In this document: piece by piece, positions 9,897-19,720 of the stretch
How the letters are laid out: each line of letters starts with the position of its first letter
Position numbering within the stretch: position 1 is the first letter of the stretch
Source of the DNA: Bacteroidota bacterium
Lineage (GTDB): Bacteria; Bacteroidota; Bacteroidia; Bacteroidales; JAADGE01
Direction: 5' to 3'
DNA: 40,565 nucleotides
Assembly: GCA_034659855.1 (NCBI GenBank)
Contig: JAYEIA010000053.1
Location: 1-40,565, forward strand
The notes under the pieces: model-generated
The model's database searches: none
What the model was told of the DNA's origin: nothing
What the model saw: the letters and a program-made list of their open reading frames with translations, nothing else
Translations under genes and position numbers: made by a program

Positions 9897-9922
9897 AAAG
9901 GCTGCTTTCGGCAGCTTTTTTA
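9897..9922 (+). terminator. Rho-independent terminator after the 67-aa ORF
   Basis: The hairpin aaaGGCTGC-tttcg-GCAGCttttttatt has a GC stem followed by a T-run. Confidence 0.65.
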
Positions 9923-10459
9923 TTGTTCAATTTCCCCGAGTTTCCTTGATCTGTCCCGATAATCCTAAAAAAGTGTCGTATAATGATGAATAACCCTTTC
10001 TATGTTCTAAATTAGACTCAGATTATTAAGAAACGGAAACAAAATTCCAACTAACGTTAAAATTAGTTACTGATTATCAATGGTTTATTTTTTTAAATTT
10101 TAGTAAAAATATTCAATAGAATTTTACCATAGTACAATAACAATAGTTCGTTAAATTTTTATAATTACCTTATATTCAATACTTTATAAAGCAAGCCGTA
10201 AGCGAGTTAAAATGTTGATTATTACCTGCTTAGTTCGTAATTAATAATTACCTACGGTGAGGGCTTCGCCGTTCGTAATTTAACGAAGTGTTGCAATAAT
10301 ATTCAAGCGATAGTCGAAGTGCCTAACTATTATAACTTATTTCGTATCCGTTCCTAAGAAATTCTATAGATTTTGTAAAAAAAACAGCTTTTATGGAAAT
10401 AACATTTCCGAATACTACAATTTGTTGTATATTGGTACAAAATATAAAAAAACATTAAA

Positions 10460-11041
10460 ATGGACTTATCATTGTGGTGGGATGCCTTATCTCTTCTTGA
10501 AAAAATTTATTGGGGAATTGCAATGCCCTCAACTTTTATTTTTGTAATCCAGTTAATCTTATTGTTCGTAGGAGGTGATGCAGCAGAGGCAGATATTGAT
10601 ACAGATGCTGATTTTGCAGGAGATCACGGAGCAGGAATAGATATTTTTTCTGCAAAAAGTGTCATCTCATTTTTGATGTTCTTTGGCTGGACCGGTTTGG
10701 CTGCATACGATAAAGGAGTAGAAACTTGGTGGTCAATTACCGGAATTTCTTTTGTTGCCGGCTTGATTATGATGTTTTTTACCGCTTGGATATTTTGGCT
10801 GATGCTGAAACTCCAAGTCAGCGGAAACATGAGAACAACCGATGCCATAGGAGCTGTAGGTGAAGTGTACTTAAGTATTCCTGGGAAAAAGAATGGAAAC
10901 GGAAAAATTCAAGTCGTTGTTTCCGGCGGATTAAGAACCCTTGATGCAGTGACCGAAGATATTGATACCATCAAAACCGGAAATTTCGTTGAAGTGGTTG
11001 ATGTGGTGAATGACATGCTGGTAGTCACTCGAAAAAGGTAA
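10460..11041 (+). CDS. NfeD-family membrane protein (YqiJ-like), partner of flotillin
   Basis: 193 aa. N-terminal TM helices are followed by an acidic stretch. The C-terminal OB-fold region (GEVYLSIP...GKIQVVVSGG...DMLVV) is typical of NfeD. A flotillin gene lies immediately downstream. Confidence 0.7.
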   Translation: MDLSLWWDALSLLEKIYWGIAMPSTFIFVIQLILLFVGGDAAEADIDTDADFAGDHGAGIDIFSAKSVISFLMFFGWTGLAAYDKGVETWWSITGISFVAGLIMMFFTAWIFWLMLKLQVSGNMRTTDAIGAVGEVYLSIPGKKNGNGKIQVVVSGGLRTLDAVTEDIDTIKTGNFVEVVDVVNDMLVVTRKR

Positions 11042-11148
11042 CTCCTCATGGATTGTTAAATGTTAATGTCTTAATGTTGTGAAGTAAATTAATTAAAAAT
11101 TGATTAAATAATAGAACAAACAGAATTTTAATCTAAAAATCAAAATTT

Positions 11149-12597
11149 ATGGAATTCACCATTGTATTAGTAGTAATAGTCATACTATTATTGTTAGGTT
11201 TTTTTGCCTTTTTAGTGAAAAGGTATAAACGTTGCCCTTCTGATCGAATACTTGTAGTTTACGGTAAAATAGGGGGAAAGCAAGGAACAGCAAAATGCGT
11301 ACACGGAGGAGCAGCCTTTATAATTCCGGTTATTCAGGATTACGAATATTTGGATCTAACACCCATACCTATAGAAGTCGGTTTGGAAAATGCATTGAGT
11401 CGTCAGAATATTCGTGTCAATGTTCCGTCTCGGTTTATGGTCGGTATTTCTACGGAGGCAGCGGTTATGGCTAATGCTGCAGAACGCCTTTTAGGACTTA
11501 CTCAAGCTGAAATTCGGCATTTAGCTGCTGATATTATTTTTGGTCAATTGCGTGTAGTTATTGCCACTATGGATATCGAAGAAATAAATGCCGATCGAGA
11601 AAAATTCCTTACCAATGTTTCTTCCGGAGTAGAACATGAACTCCGCAAAATTGGGTTGAAATTAATCAACGTAAACGTTACAGATATCACTGATAACGAC
11701 GGCTATATTGAAGCACTCGGTAAAGAGGCCACAGCCCATGCAGTAAACGATGCTAAAAAATTAGTAGCTGAGAAAAACAGAGACGGTGAAATTGGCCAGG
11801 CTAATGCCGTAAGAGAACAGAGAATTCAAGTTTCTGAAGCAAACTCGCAAGCTGAAATTGGAGAGGCTGACGCCACCCAAAGACAGAGAGTTGCTGTTTC
11901 GGCTGCCAATGCAAAAGCTGTTGACGGAGAAAACAAAGCGAAAGTGAATATTGCCAATTCAAATGCACACAGACGTGAGCAGGAGGCTGTTGCAACAAAA
12001 CTTGCCGTTACCGCAGAAAAAACAAATGAAGCAAAAGCTTTGGAAGACTCTTATGAAGCCGAGCGTTTAGCTGAAATAAAGCGTGCCGAAAGAGAAGAAG
12101 CGACTCAAAAGGCCAATATTATTATTCCGGCTCAAATTCAGAAAGAAAAAATTACAATTGATGCTGATGCTGAAGCTGAAAGAACAAGAAGAGAGGCCAA
12201 AGGTGATGCCGATGCATTATTGTTGGAATTACAGGCTGAAGCGGAAGGTAATTTCCAAATATTAGCCAAACAAGGAGAAGGTTTCAAGAAACTTGTAGAT
12301 GCTGCCGGCAAAAACCCGAGAGAAGCTGTATTAATGATGATCGCAGACAGACTGCCACAGCTTGTAGAAACGCAGGTTGAAGCCATTAAAAATATTGAAA
12401 TTGATAAAGTAACTGTTTGGGAAAACGGGAACAGCGAGAATGGAAGTTCAACGGCCAATTTCATGAAAGGAATGATGGGAGCAGTTCCTCCTTTGCAGGA
12501 TTTGTTTAATTTAGCGGGAATGGAGTTGCCCTCTTATCTTAAAGGAGAAAAGGGAGAAGACGCCGAACTTTCTACGGATGTAAAATCTGAAGGATAA
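11149..12597 (+). CDS. Flotillin-like SPFH/band-7 protein (YqiK/FloA-like)
   Basis: 482 aa. An N-terminal TM helix and SPFH domain are followed by a long Ala/Glu-rich coiled coil with EA repeats (AEIGEADATQRQRVAVSAANAKA...). It is co-oriented with the upstream NfeD gene, the classic NfeD-flotillin operon. Confidence 0.82.
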   Translation: MEFTIVLVVIVILLLLGFFAFLVKRYKRCPSDRILVVYGKIGGKQGTAKCVHGGAAFIIPVIQDYEYLDLTPIPIEVGLENALSRQNIRVNVPSRFMVGISTEAAVMANAAERLLGLTQAEIRHLAADIIFGQLRVVIATMDIEEINADREKFLTNVSSGVEHELRKIGLKLINVNVTDITDNDGYIEALGKEATAHAVNDAKKLVAEKNRDGEIGQANAVREQRIQVSEANSQAEIGEADATQRQRVAVSAANAKAVDGENKAKVNIANSNAHRREQEAVATKLAVTAEKTNEAKALEDSYEAERLAEIKRAEREEATQKANIIIPAQIQKEKITIDADAEAERTRREAKGDADALLLELQAEAEGNFQILAKQGEGFKKLVDAAGKNPREAVLMMIADRLPQLVETQVEAIKNIEIDKVTVWENGNSENGSSTANFMKGMMGAVPPLQDLFNLAGMELPSYLKGEKGEDAELSTDVKSEG

Positions 12598-12619
12598 ATT
12601 TTCCGACATAATTATTATT

Positions 12620-12648
12620 AAGCCGATTGTTTTCAATCGGCTTTTTTA
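12620..12648 (+). terminator. Rho-independent terminator after the flotillin gene
   Basis: The stem agccgattg / caatcggct with loop ttttc is followed by tttttt. Confidence 0.65.
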
Positions 12649-12906
12649 GTGTTTGTCAGAATGGCTTATGTTTTGGGGAAATTGAAGTGTTATGAAAATA
12701 GTTTTACTATTGAAATAAACATTACCTTAAATTGTTAATTTAAGTACTCTTACAAAATTCTTCCACTTTTTATTAACGTAAGTCGCTAATTAAGAGCTAA
12801 GAAGTTTCGAATAAAATAGGTCTTAGACCTTAAGTTTTAAAATTCTGTGTATTTTCTTTGTGGTGTTTGTTGAATGTCAATTTTCCGGATATTTGAAATT
12901 CAGTAT

Positions 12907-13695
12907 TCAACGATCAAGAAGCTGCGCCTTAATTATCGAATTCCAAATCTCATATCCTTTTTCATTCATGTGTACACGGTCTTTTAAGAAAATATCATTT
13001 TTCAACTTTCCGTTTTTCTCAAACATGGGCGTGCTGACGTTTATATAAGTGAGCCTGTTGTTATTTCTGCATTTATCTTTAATGAGGCGGTTTCCTTTTT
13101 GCATTTTGTCAAAATACCGCATTCTTGCCGGTGAGGGCTTTATGGATATAAAATAAATTCGAGAGTCGGGCAATACATCAGCACAAATTTCAAGAAACAA
13201 ATCAAACACCTCTGCAAATTGCTCAGGGCTGTTTCCCGCAGTACTCAAATCATTGTCGCCTTCATAAACCAGAATGTTCTTGGGTTTATATTTATAGACA
13301 ATGCGCGGAAAATAAAACACAAGTTCTTCCATGGTAGAACCTCCAAACCCTCTGTTAATTACGGTAATAGGCTTCATGCTGTCTTTCAAATTGCTCCATT
13401 TTCGAATGGATGAGCTTCCCACAAATAAGGCAGCGTATAGAGGAAAACCGTTTAGAGAATCTTCTTCTTCAAACTTCAAAATCTCTCGCTCAAACCGTTT
13501 TAAGTGGCTTGTATCAGCTAATTTTGAGAGTTTTTCTAAGTATGGTTCAAAAACAAGTGAGTCTTTTCGTATTTTATTAATTGGGCGCTCAGTGTATTGC
13601 GATTTGGTCTGTTCACTTTGAACCTGTGAGCAAGAATAAAAGGAGAGAGAAACAAAACCAAGAATTATTACAGAGAATTGAAAAATGAGTTTCAT
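12907..13695 (-). CDS. SGNH/GDSL-family hydrolase (lipase/acylesterase-like) lipoprotein
   Basis: 262 aa. It has a signal peptide with a lipobox-like FYSC. The motif VINRGFGGST and the YEGDNDL / DRVHMN blocks are typical of SGNH hydrolases. Confidence 0.7.
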   Translation of the reverse strand: MKLIFQFSVIILGFVSLSFYSCSQVQSEQTKSQYTERPINKIRKDSLVFEPYLEKLSKLADTSHLKRFEREILKFEEEDSLNGFPLYAALFVGSSSIRKWSNLKDSMKPITVINRGFGGSTMEELVFYFPRIVYKYKPKNILVYEGDNDLSTAGNSPEQFAEVFDLFLEICADVLPDSRIYFISIKPSPARMRYFDKMQKGNRLIKDKCRNNNRLTYINVSTPMFEKNGKLKNDIFLKDRVHMNEKGYEIWNSIIKAQLLDR

Positions 13696-13838
13696 TGCAA
13701 ATCATATTTTGTTATAAAATAAAATGGGCTGAAAATAGTATAGTTGCCCACTATATAAGCCGGCAACCGCACTTACCTTTTGATAATCTTTTTAAATCAA
13801 TTACATTTGTATTAGGAAAACAAATATATATAAAATTC

Positions 13839-15239
13839 ATGACACTTATAAAATCAGTATCCGGAATAAGAGGAACTATCGGAGGAAATCCGGGAACAAA
13901 TTTAACACCCCCTGACTTAGTAAAATTTATCAGTTCATTTGTAGAATTACTGAAACAAAAGTATCAAAAAGATCGCCTGAAAATTATACTCGGAAGAGAT
14001 TCTCGAATTTCAGGGCCTATGGTGGCAAGTATTGTTTCCGGTACATTGTCGGCTTGCGGAGCAGACATCATTGATATCGGACAAGCCACCACACCGACTA
14101 CAGAAGTTGCGGTAGTAAAACTTCAAGCAGACGGGGGTATTATTCTGACGGCAAGTCATAACCCCAAACAGTGGAATGCCTTAAAGTTACTCAATAATGA
14201 AGGCGAATTTCTTTCGGCTCAAGACGGAGACCGCTTACTGGAACTAACTTCCGAAGCAAATACTGAAAGACAATATGCCGATGTGGAAAATATCGGTGCA
14301 ATGACCAAAAATGAGACAATTCTTAAAACTCACATAAAAGGTATTCTGGCTCATACATTGGTCAAACCGGAATTAATAAGAGAGAAAAACTATAAAATTG
14401 TAGTTGACGGTATAAATTCCGTCGGTGCTTTTGCAGTCCCTCAAATATTAAAGAGTCTGGGTGTAAACGACGATAATATTATTTTATTGAATGGAGAACC
14501 CAATGGGGAGTTTGCCCATAATCCCGAGCCGATTCCACAGAATTTGACCGGAATTGTGAATGCCGTCAAAGAGCATAAAGCAGATCTTGGTATCGTGGTT
14601 GACCCGGATGTTGATCGTTTAGCTTTTGTAACTGAACAAGGTGAATTGTTTGGCGAGGAATATACTTTGGTGGCGGTTGCCGATTATATTTTATCCCATA
14701 CTAAAGGGAATACCGTGTCCAACTTATCTTCGAGCAGAGCTTTACGTGATATAACTGAAAAGCATGGCGGACAATATTCTGCTTCTGCTGTAGGAGAAGT
14801 TAATGTTGTGGCAGAAATGAAACGCACAAATGCTGTAATCGGAGGCGAAGGCAACGGTGGGGTTATATATCCGGAGATGCACTACGGCAGAGATGCTTTA
14901 GCAGGGATTGCTTTGTTTTTAAGTCATATGGCAATAAGTAATAAATCTTGCAGCCGGCTTCGAGCACAATATCCGAATTATGAAATTATAAAGTCAAAAA
15001 TATCTCTTGATGAAGGCATAGACGTGGATGAAATTTTGAACAAGATAAAAGCTCATTTTAGTCACAATCCGGAGGTGAAAATTAATACCGTTGATGGAGT
15101 AAAAATAGATTTTTCCGATTCGTGGGTGCATCTGCGTAAGTCAAATACCGAACCAATTATTCGTATTTATGCGGAAGCAAAAACTGCACAGCAGGCCAAT
15201 GATTTGGCTTCAAAGGTAAATCAATTGGCAATTGGATAA
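13839..15239 (+). CDS. glmM: Phosphohexomutase (phosphoglucosamine mutase / phosphomannomutase family)
   Basis: It has the active-site loop TASHNP and the Mg-binding DPDVDR motif, within the four-domain phosphohexomutase architecture. The track ORF begins at 13695, but the ATG at 13839 (MTLIKSVSGIRG) gives the canonical N-terminus. The glmM assignment versus a manB-type mutase is uncertain. Confidence 0.75.
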   Translation: MTLIKSVSGIRGTIGGNPGTNLTPPDLVKFISSFVELLKQKYQKDRLKIILGRDSRISGPMVASIVSGTLSACGADIIDIGQATTPTTEVAVVKLQADGGIILTASHNPKQWNALKLLNNEGEFLSAQDGDRLLELTSEANTERQYADVENIGAMTKNETILKTHIKGILAHTLVKPELIREKNYKIVVDGINSVGAFAVPQILKSLGVNDDNIILLNGEPNGEFAHNPEPIPQNLTGIVNAVKEHKADLGIVVDPDVDRLAFVTEQGELFGEEYTLVAVADYILSHTKGNTVSNLSSSRALRDITEKHGGQYSASAVGEVNVVAEMKRTNAVIGGEGNGGVIYPEMHYGRDALAGIALFLSHMAISNKSCSRLRAQYPNYEIIKSKISLDEGIDVDEILNKIKAHFSHNPEVKINTVDGVKIDFSDSWVHLRKSNTEPIIRIYAEAKTAQQANDLASKVNQLAIG

Positions 15240-15245
15240 GATATT

Positions 15246-16091
15246 GTGAAAAAGAACAAAGAATATATTAAAAGTCACAAATTTTTAAAGGCTGTTGTAA
15301 CAGATCTTGACGGTACACTGTTAAACAAAAACCATACTGTGGCTCCGAAGGATATAGAGGCACTTCAGGAAATTGGAGAACAAGGAATTTGCCGAATTAT
15401 TGCTACGGGGCGATCTTTATACAGTTACTCCCAAGTTTTACCGTCTGATTTTCCGACTGATTATTTGATTTCATCTGCCGGCGGAGGGATTACTGAACTA
15501 AAAACCGGGAAACTCATACGGGTTGCTAAGATCGATTCTGTAAAAGTCCGAGAGATTGCCCGTAAACTGGATGCCTATAAAATTGATTTTCAGGTAAGGG
15601 AAGCAATTCCTCGAGGACATTGTTATGCTTATAAGCGATATTTTGATCACAATCCGGATTTTGATCGCTTGAATGCCAATTACCGGGAGTTTTCTTACCC
15701 TATTGAGTCAATAGATAAGCTGGGCGATGCATCAAGAATCATTAGTATAGCTCCCAACTTAGATTATATTGAATACTTTAACAGTTTTTCGGAATATAGT
15801 ATAATTAGGGCAACCTCACCAATTGACGGACAGTCGGTTTGGATGGAGATATATCCATCGGGAGTAAATAAAGGAAATGCACTCAAATGGCTGCTTGACA
15901 GGCTTCAACTGCCTCTAAAGGATACTATAGGTTTAGGCAACGATTATAATGACATTCATTTCTTGGATATTACCAAAGAAAGTTTCGTGGTAAACGAAGC
16001 CCCTGAATCTCTTAAAAAAGTATATCGAACGACCGTTAGTCACAATAAAGCTCCATTGCATCAATGTTTGAAAACCTGCGGTATTATTTAA
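15246..16091 (+). CDS. HAD-IIB (Cof-like) sugar-phosphate phosphatase
   Basis: 281 aa. The DLDGTLL motif I is near the N-terminus and a GNDYND motif lies near the C-terminus. It has an apparent GTG start 7 nt after the mutase stop, so it is probably co-transcribed. Confidence 0.7.
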   Translation: MKKNKEYIKSHKFLKAVVTDLDGTLLNKNHTVAPKDIEALQEIGEQGICRIIATGRSLYSYSQVLPSDFPTDYLISSAGGGITELKTGKLIRVAKIDSVKVREIARKLDAYKIDFQVREAIPRGHCYAYKRYFDHNPDFDRLNANYREFSYPIESIDKLGDASRIISIAPNLDYIEYFNSFSEYSIIRATSPIDGQSVWMEIYPSGVNKGNALKWLLDRLQLPLKDTIGLGNDYNDIHFLDITKESFVVNEAPESLKKVYRTTVSHNKAPLHQCLKTCGII

Positions 16092-16588
16092 TGCCTGACT
16101 CTAAATTGTGCTTTTAAATCTTCGGTCCAATCACAATATGGATTTTGCGACAATTGAAGGTTGTAGAAATGGTTGATACCTGTAATTTCTTTTCCAAGCC
16201 AGTGTGGTTTTTTAAAGTGTTCATTTTCTTTTGTCAGTTCAATTTCTGCCAAAACTAAACCATGATTTTCCTTTTCAAAAACATCCACTTCAAACTTCAA
16301 ATGACCGGCCGGAACAATATATCTTGTTTTTATGACAAGAGCTCCGACAGATAATTCCAGAAGCTTTTCAGCATCAGAATATTTTATTTCGGTTTCGAAC
16401 TCCTCTCTGCTTATTCCATTATTTTCGGATATTCCCTTTATTGTGATAAATCCCTTACTCTCTGTCTGACGTACCCTCACAGTTCTGTGCGGGTCGGTGT
16501 TGAGATAGCCTTGCGTAATTCGATATTGATTTACTGCAAAAGATTTGAACGCATTATTTACTAAAAATTTTCTTTCAATTTCTTTCAT
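16088..16588 (-). CDS. CYTH-domain protein (CyaB / thiamine-triphosphatase-like)
   Basis: 166 aa. The N-terminal EIERKFLV (ExExK) signature and size are typical of the CYTH family. It overlaps the 3' end of the upstream M48 peptidase gene by 14 bp, which points to an operon. Confidence 0.75.
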   Translation of the reverse strand: MKEIERKFLVNNAFKSFAVNQYRITQGYLNTDPHRTVRVRQTESKGFITIKGISENNGISREEFETEIKYSDAEKLLELSVGALVIKTRYIVPAGHLKFEVDVFEKENHGLVLAEIELTKENEHFKKPHWLGKEITGINHFYNLQLSQNPYCDWTEDLKAQFRVRH

Positions 16589-17834
16589 CCTTTTGTAGAG
16601 CTGTTAGTCTTTGAAGTAATGTAGGGTGTGAGTAATAAAACTTAACGTAGAGAGGGTGTGGCGTAAGGTTGCTTAAATTCTTAGCAGTCAATTTTTTTAA
16701 TCCGGAAATGAGAGGTTCTGCCAGGCCATATTGTTTGGCAAAATTATCGGCTTCGTATTCATTTTTTCTGGAAAGTTTGCTCATAAGTAAACCTAAAACA
16801 AACGATATGGGACTGTATAATAGGCTAAAGGCTATAAGATTAAGGGCAAAACTAAGTTTGTCGGCACCCAAGGCATGAGAAAGTGTTTTGCTCTCGGCAA
16901 ACAAAGAAAAAAGATAAAGCATAAATCCGCTTTGTAAAATTGATAATGCCATGCTGCTGATGATGTGTTTTTTCTTATAATGTCCAATTTCATGAGCCAG
17001 AACTGCCACAATTTCATCAACTTCCATGTCGTTTATTAAAGTATCAAATAAAACAATTCGTTTCTTTTTTCCGAAACCCGAGAAATAAGCATTGGCCTTG
17101 GTACTGCGCTTTGAGCCGTCAATGACAAAGATGTTTGTCACATTAAATCCGGCTTTATCTGCAAATTTATTAATTGCTGTTCGTAACTCTCCATCTTCCA
17201 GAGGTTTCTGCTTATTAAATAAAGGAACAATTAAAGTGGAATAGAACATTGCCATGAAAATTGAGAATAAACTCAGCATTGCCCAAACCAAAATCCAAAA
17301 ATAGTCTTGAGTTTGCAGGTAAAACCATATAATTGCAGCCAGAATCCCGCCGCCAATAACAGCCATTAGCAACCATGACTTTAATTTATCTGTAATAAAT
17401 GTTTTCAGCGTTGTTTTATTAAATCCAAATTTCTCTTCTATTACAAAAGTGCTGTATAATGAGAAGGGGGTTGATATTATATCTGATGCAAACATAAGTA
17501 TTGCAAAAAATAATAGAGTAGATACGATAATGTTTTCTGATAAGCTGATTGTTAGTGAGTTAACAATAGAGAACCCGCCGAGCAGCAGCATAGCAAGAAT
17601 GATTACGGTATCGAAACTATTTTTGAAAAGTGATAATTTTGTGTTTGCAGCACCATATTTTTGCGATTTTAAGTATTTCTCTTTGTCGTATATGCCCTGT
17701 AATACTTCCGGGATGTTTTTGTTGCGATATGAAGCGTTTAAATAGGACAAATATTCCGAGAAAACATAAGAAGATATGATAAGTAATACAATAAGAGCTA
17801 AAATGTAAATTTCCATTTCTGTTTTTTTTGACAA
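16575..17834 (-). CDS. M48-family zinc metalloprotease (Ste24/HtpX-like), membrane
   Basis: 419 aa. Multiple TM helices precede an HEIGHYKKKH (HExxH) motif and a downstream E, as in peptidase M48. Confidence 0.8.
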   Translation of the reverse strand: MSKKTEMEIYILALIVLLIISSYVFSEYLSYLNASYRNKNIPEVLQGIYDKEKYLKSQKYGAANTKLSLFKNSFDTVIILAMLLLGGFSIVNSLTISLSENIIVSTLLFFAILMFASDIISTPFSLYSTFVIEEKFGFNKTTLKTFITDKLKSWLLMAVIGGGILAAIIWFYLQTQDYFWILVWAMLSLFSIFMAMFYSTLIVPLFNKQKPLEDGELRTAINKFADKAGFNVTNIFVIDGSKRSTKANAYFSGFGKKKRIVLFDTLINDMEVDEIVAVLAHEIGHYKKKHIISSMALSILQSGFMLYLFSLFAESKTLSHALGADKLSFALNLIAFSLLYSPISFVLGLLMSKLSRKNEYEADNFAKQYGLAEPLISGLKKLTAKNLSNLTPHPLYVKFYYSHPTLLQRLTALQKDERN

Positions 17835-17920
17835 ATATAAAAAAAATATATTTACTGTTTCCTTTATTAAAAAATGATTAAATTTGATTCACATTTGTAA
17901 AACAAAACTTCTCGGCAGTT

Positions 17921-18592
17921 ATGATCGTTTTTCTTAATATACGATATGTCTATTTTTCTTTACTTTTTTTACAGGCTTTACTGTTTTATACTTCCTGCAA
18001 ACCAAAAAAACAACCCGACTTGCTTCCTGAATATGCTGAAAATAAGAATCTTATCCAAAGTAAACGTTTAGTTGACAATGGTAAACCTGAACCGGAGAAA
18101 ATAGCTTATGTAAAAAACAAATCCGTTATGTTCTTTAGAGTCAATGCCGATGAGTATAGAAAAATTATAAAGATGTCGGGAGATTATGCAGCTTATGAGT
18201 TCAAATTTTTGTTTAAACGCTTTGGTCGTGAGGCTGTTGAATACCGTCGAATACTATCGGGTATGGGAATAGAAAGTGATATGCTTTTTGAAAAAAAGAT
18301 AGTTTTTGTAACCAATACCGGAGAGTATCTTTTCGACAGAGAACAGGAGGATATGATGATGGGACAAATACTTTTTGATGGGAAGGACAGTATTTCCGTA
18401 GAGGAGGGGTTTGTTGAGCCGGATGAGTTAAATGAGATAATCAGGAAATTTTTTCAAATAGATTCCTTTTCTGTTAATCAAGAAAATGTGTATCTCGAAA
18501 TTGATACTGTACAAGAAGAAGTTGATGATACTGCTACTTTGAATGTCATTGACAGCTCATCCGTTTCTGATACGATAACTTCCGGCACGTAA
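17921..18592 (+). CDS. Hypothetical lipoprotein with an acidic C-terminus
   Basis: 223 aa. It has a signal peptide with a lipobox-like YTSC. I recognise no known catalytic motif. Confidence 0.5.
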   Translation: MIVFLNIRYVYFSLLFLQALLFYTSCKPKKQPDLLPEYAENKNLIQSKRLVDNGKPEPEKIAYVKNKSVMFFRVNADEYRKIIKMSGDYAAYEFKFLFKRFGREAVEYRRILSGMGIESDMLFEKKIVFVTNTGEYLFDREQEDMMMGQILFDGKDSISVEEGFVEPDELNEIIRKFFQIDSFSVNQENVYLEIDTVQEEVDDTATLNVIDSSSVSDTITSGT

Positions 18593-18635
18593 ATTGAATT
18601 CTCTTGATTAATCAAACGTAAAAAAAACAAGGAAA

Positions 18636-19337
18636 ATGAAAAAATTATTTTATTTAATCGTAATTAGTATGCTGAGCTTTTCAGCGACAACTGCACAAAG
18701 GCATTATGATCATTCAAGATTGACCATCCGTATGTGGGACAGAGCCTTTATGACAGTTAGCATTGGAGACCGGGGGTATGATGCACCTGACGGCGTTTTT
18801 AGAAAGCAAAACATCAGTGCCGGGCAACACCATATTACTGTGTCCAGAAGGGTGGGACGTCACGGTCATCAGCGTATTGTTTATCGCGGAAGTATTTATA
18901 TACCCAGAAATCGTCATGTCATTGCCAAAATTACAAAGCACAACCGTTTGGTTGTTCTCGAAAAGCGGTATATCGAATCTGAACGAAGCTATCATAACAA
19001 CCGGGATTATCGTCAAAATAACCCTCGTTACGACAGACCCACACGGCGTTATAATATGGTAAATATTCCGGCCGTTGTGAGCTCGATGAACCGTGCGACT
19101 TTCGGAAGCGATAAATTGATTATCGCCAAGCAAGCTTTGCGTAACAGCAATATTGATGCTGCCGGCGTTGAGCGTATTATGAGGCAGTTTTCATTTGATG
19201 ATGCTCGTTTGGAATTTGCTACTTTCGCCTACGGCTATTGTGTTGATCCCGAGAACTATTATCGTGTTAACAATGCTTTCACATTCAGCAGCAGTATTCG
19301 CAAACTGGAAGCTCATATCAATTCGTATAACCGTTAA
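18636..19337 (+). CDS. DUF4476-domain secreted protein (Bacteroidetes-specific)
   Basis: 233 aa. It has a signal peptide and an Arg/His-rich middle. The C-terminal block (FGSDKLIIAKQALRNSN...RIMRQFSFDDARLEFATFAY) resembles DUF4476. Confidence 0.6.
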   Translation: MKKLFYLIVISMLSFSATTAQRHYDHSRLTIRMWDRAFMTVSIGDRGYDAPDGVFRKQNISAGQHHITVSRRVGRHGHQRIVYRGSIYIPRNRHVIAKITKHNRLVVLEKRYIESERSYHNNRDYRQNNPRYDRPTRRYNMVNIPAVVSSMNRATFGSDKLIIAKQALRNSNIDAAGVERIMRQFSFDDARLEFATFAYGYCVDPENYYRVNNAFTFSSSIRKLEAHINSYNR

Positions 19338-19352
19338 AAGAACTCAGGTTAT

Positions 19353-19559
19353 TTGTCAGCATTTATTATAGACATTAATAAAACAGAAGGAATAATGAAA
19401 AAGATACATATTAATATAATAGTAATTGTTGTGATTGCTATATTTTTAATATCAATTGATATGTTTAATTTGCTTGAAAAATCAGCAAAATTTATGTTGA
19501 TACCAATCTTAGCATTTTATTTTATTGGACAATATTCAGAACAGAAATTTCATAAATAA
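19353..19559 (+). CDS. Possible small two-TM membrane protein
   Basis: 68 aa. It has two hydrophobic helices. It is very AT-rich with no recognisable motif, and it could be non-coding. Confidence 0.25.
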   Translation: MSAFIIDINKTEGIMKKIHINIIVIVVIAIFLISIDMFNLLEKSAKFMLIPILAFYFIGQYSEQKFHK

Positions 19560-19720
19560 GAGTTAAATTTCACACAAGTGTGCGAGTTGTGGACAATTAC
19601 AATTTATAATATTGATGGAAAATTAGATAAATTGAAGATAAAAACATCTTATGTAATACTGTTGGCTACCGTTTTGGCGACTTTTTTTGTTTTTCCCAAA
19701 AAAGAGGTATTTTTTGATGT

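Noticed and set aside
13695-13838. A 48-aa N-terminal extension of the phosphohexomutase ORF, which also overlaps the start of the divergent SGNH hydrolase.
   Set aside because: The mutase family starts at about MTLIKSVSGIRG. The extension is better explained as the divergent promoter region.
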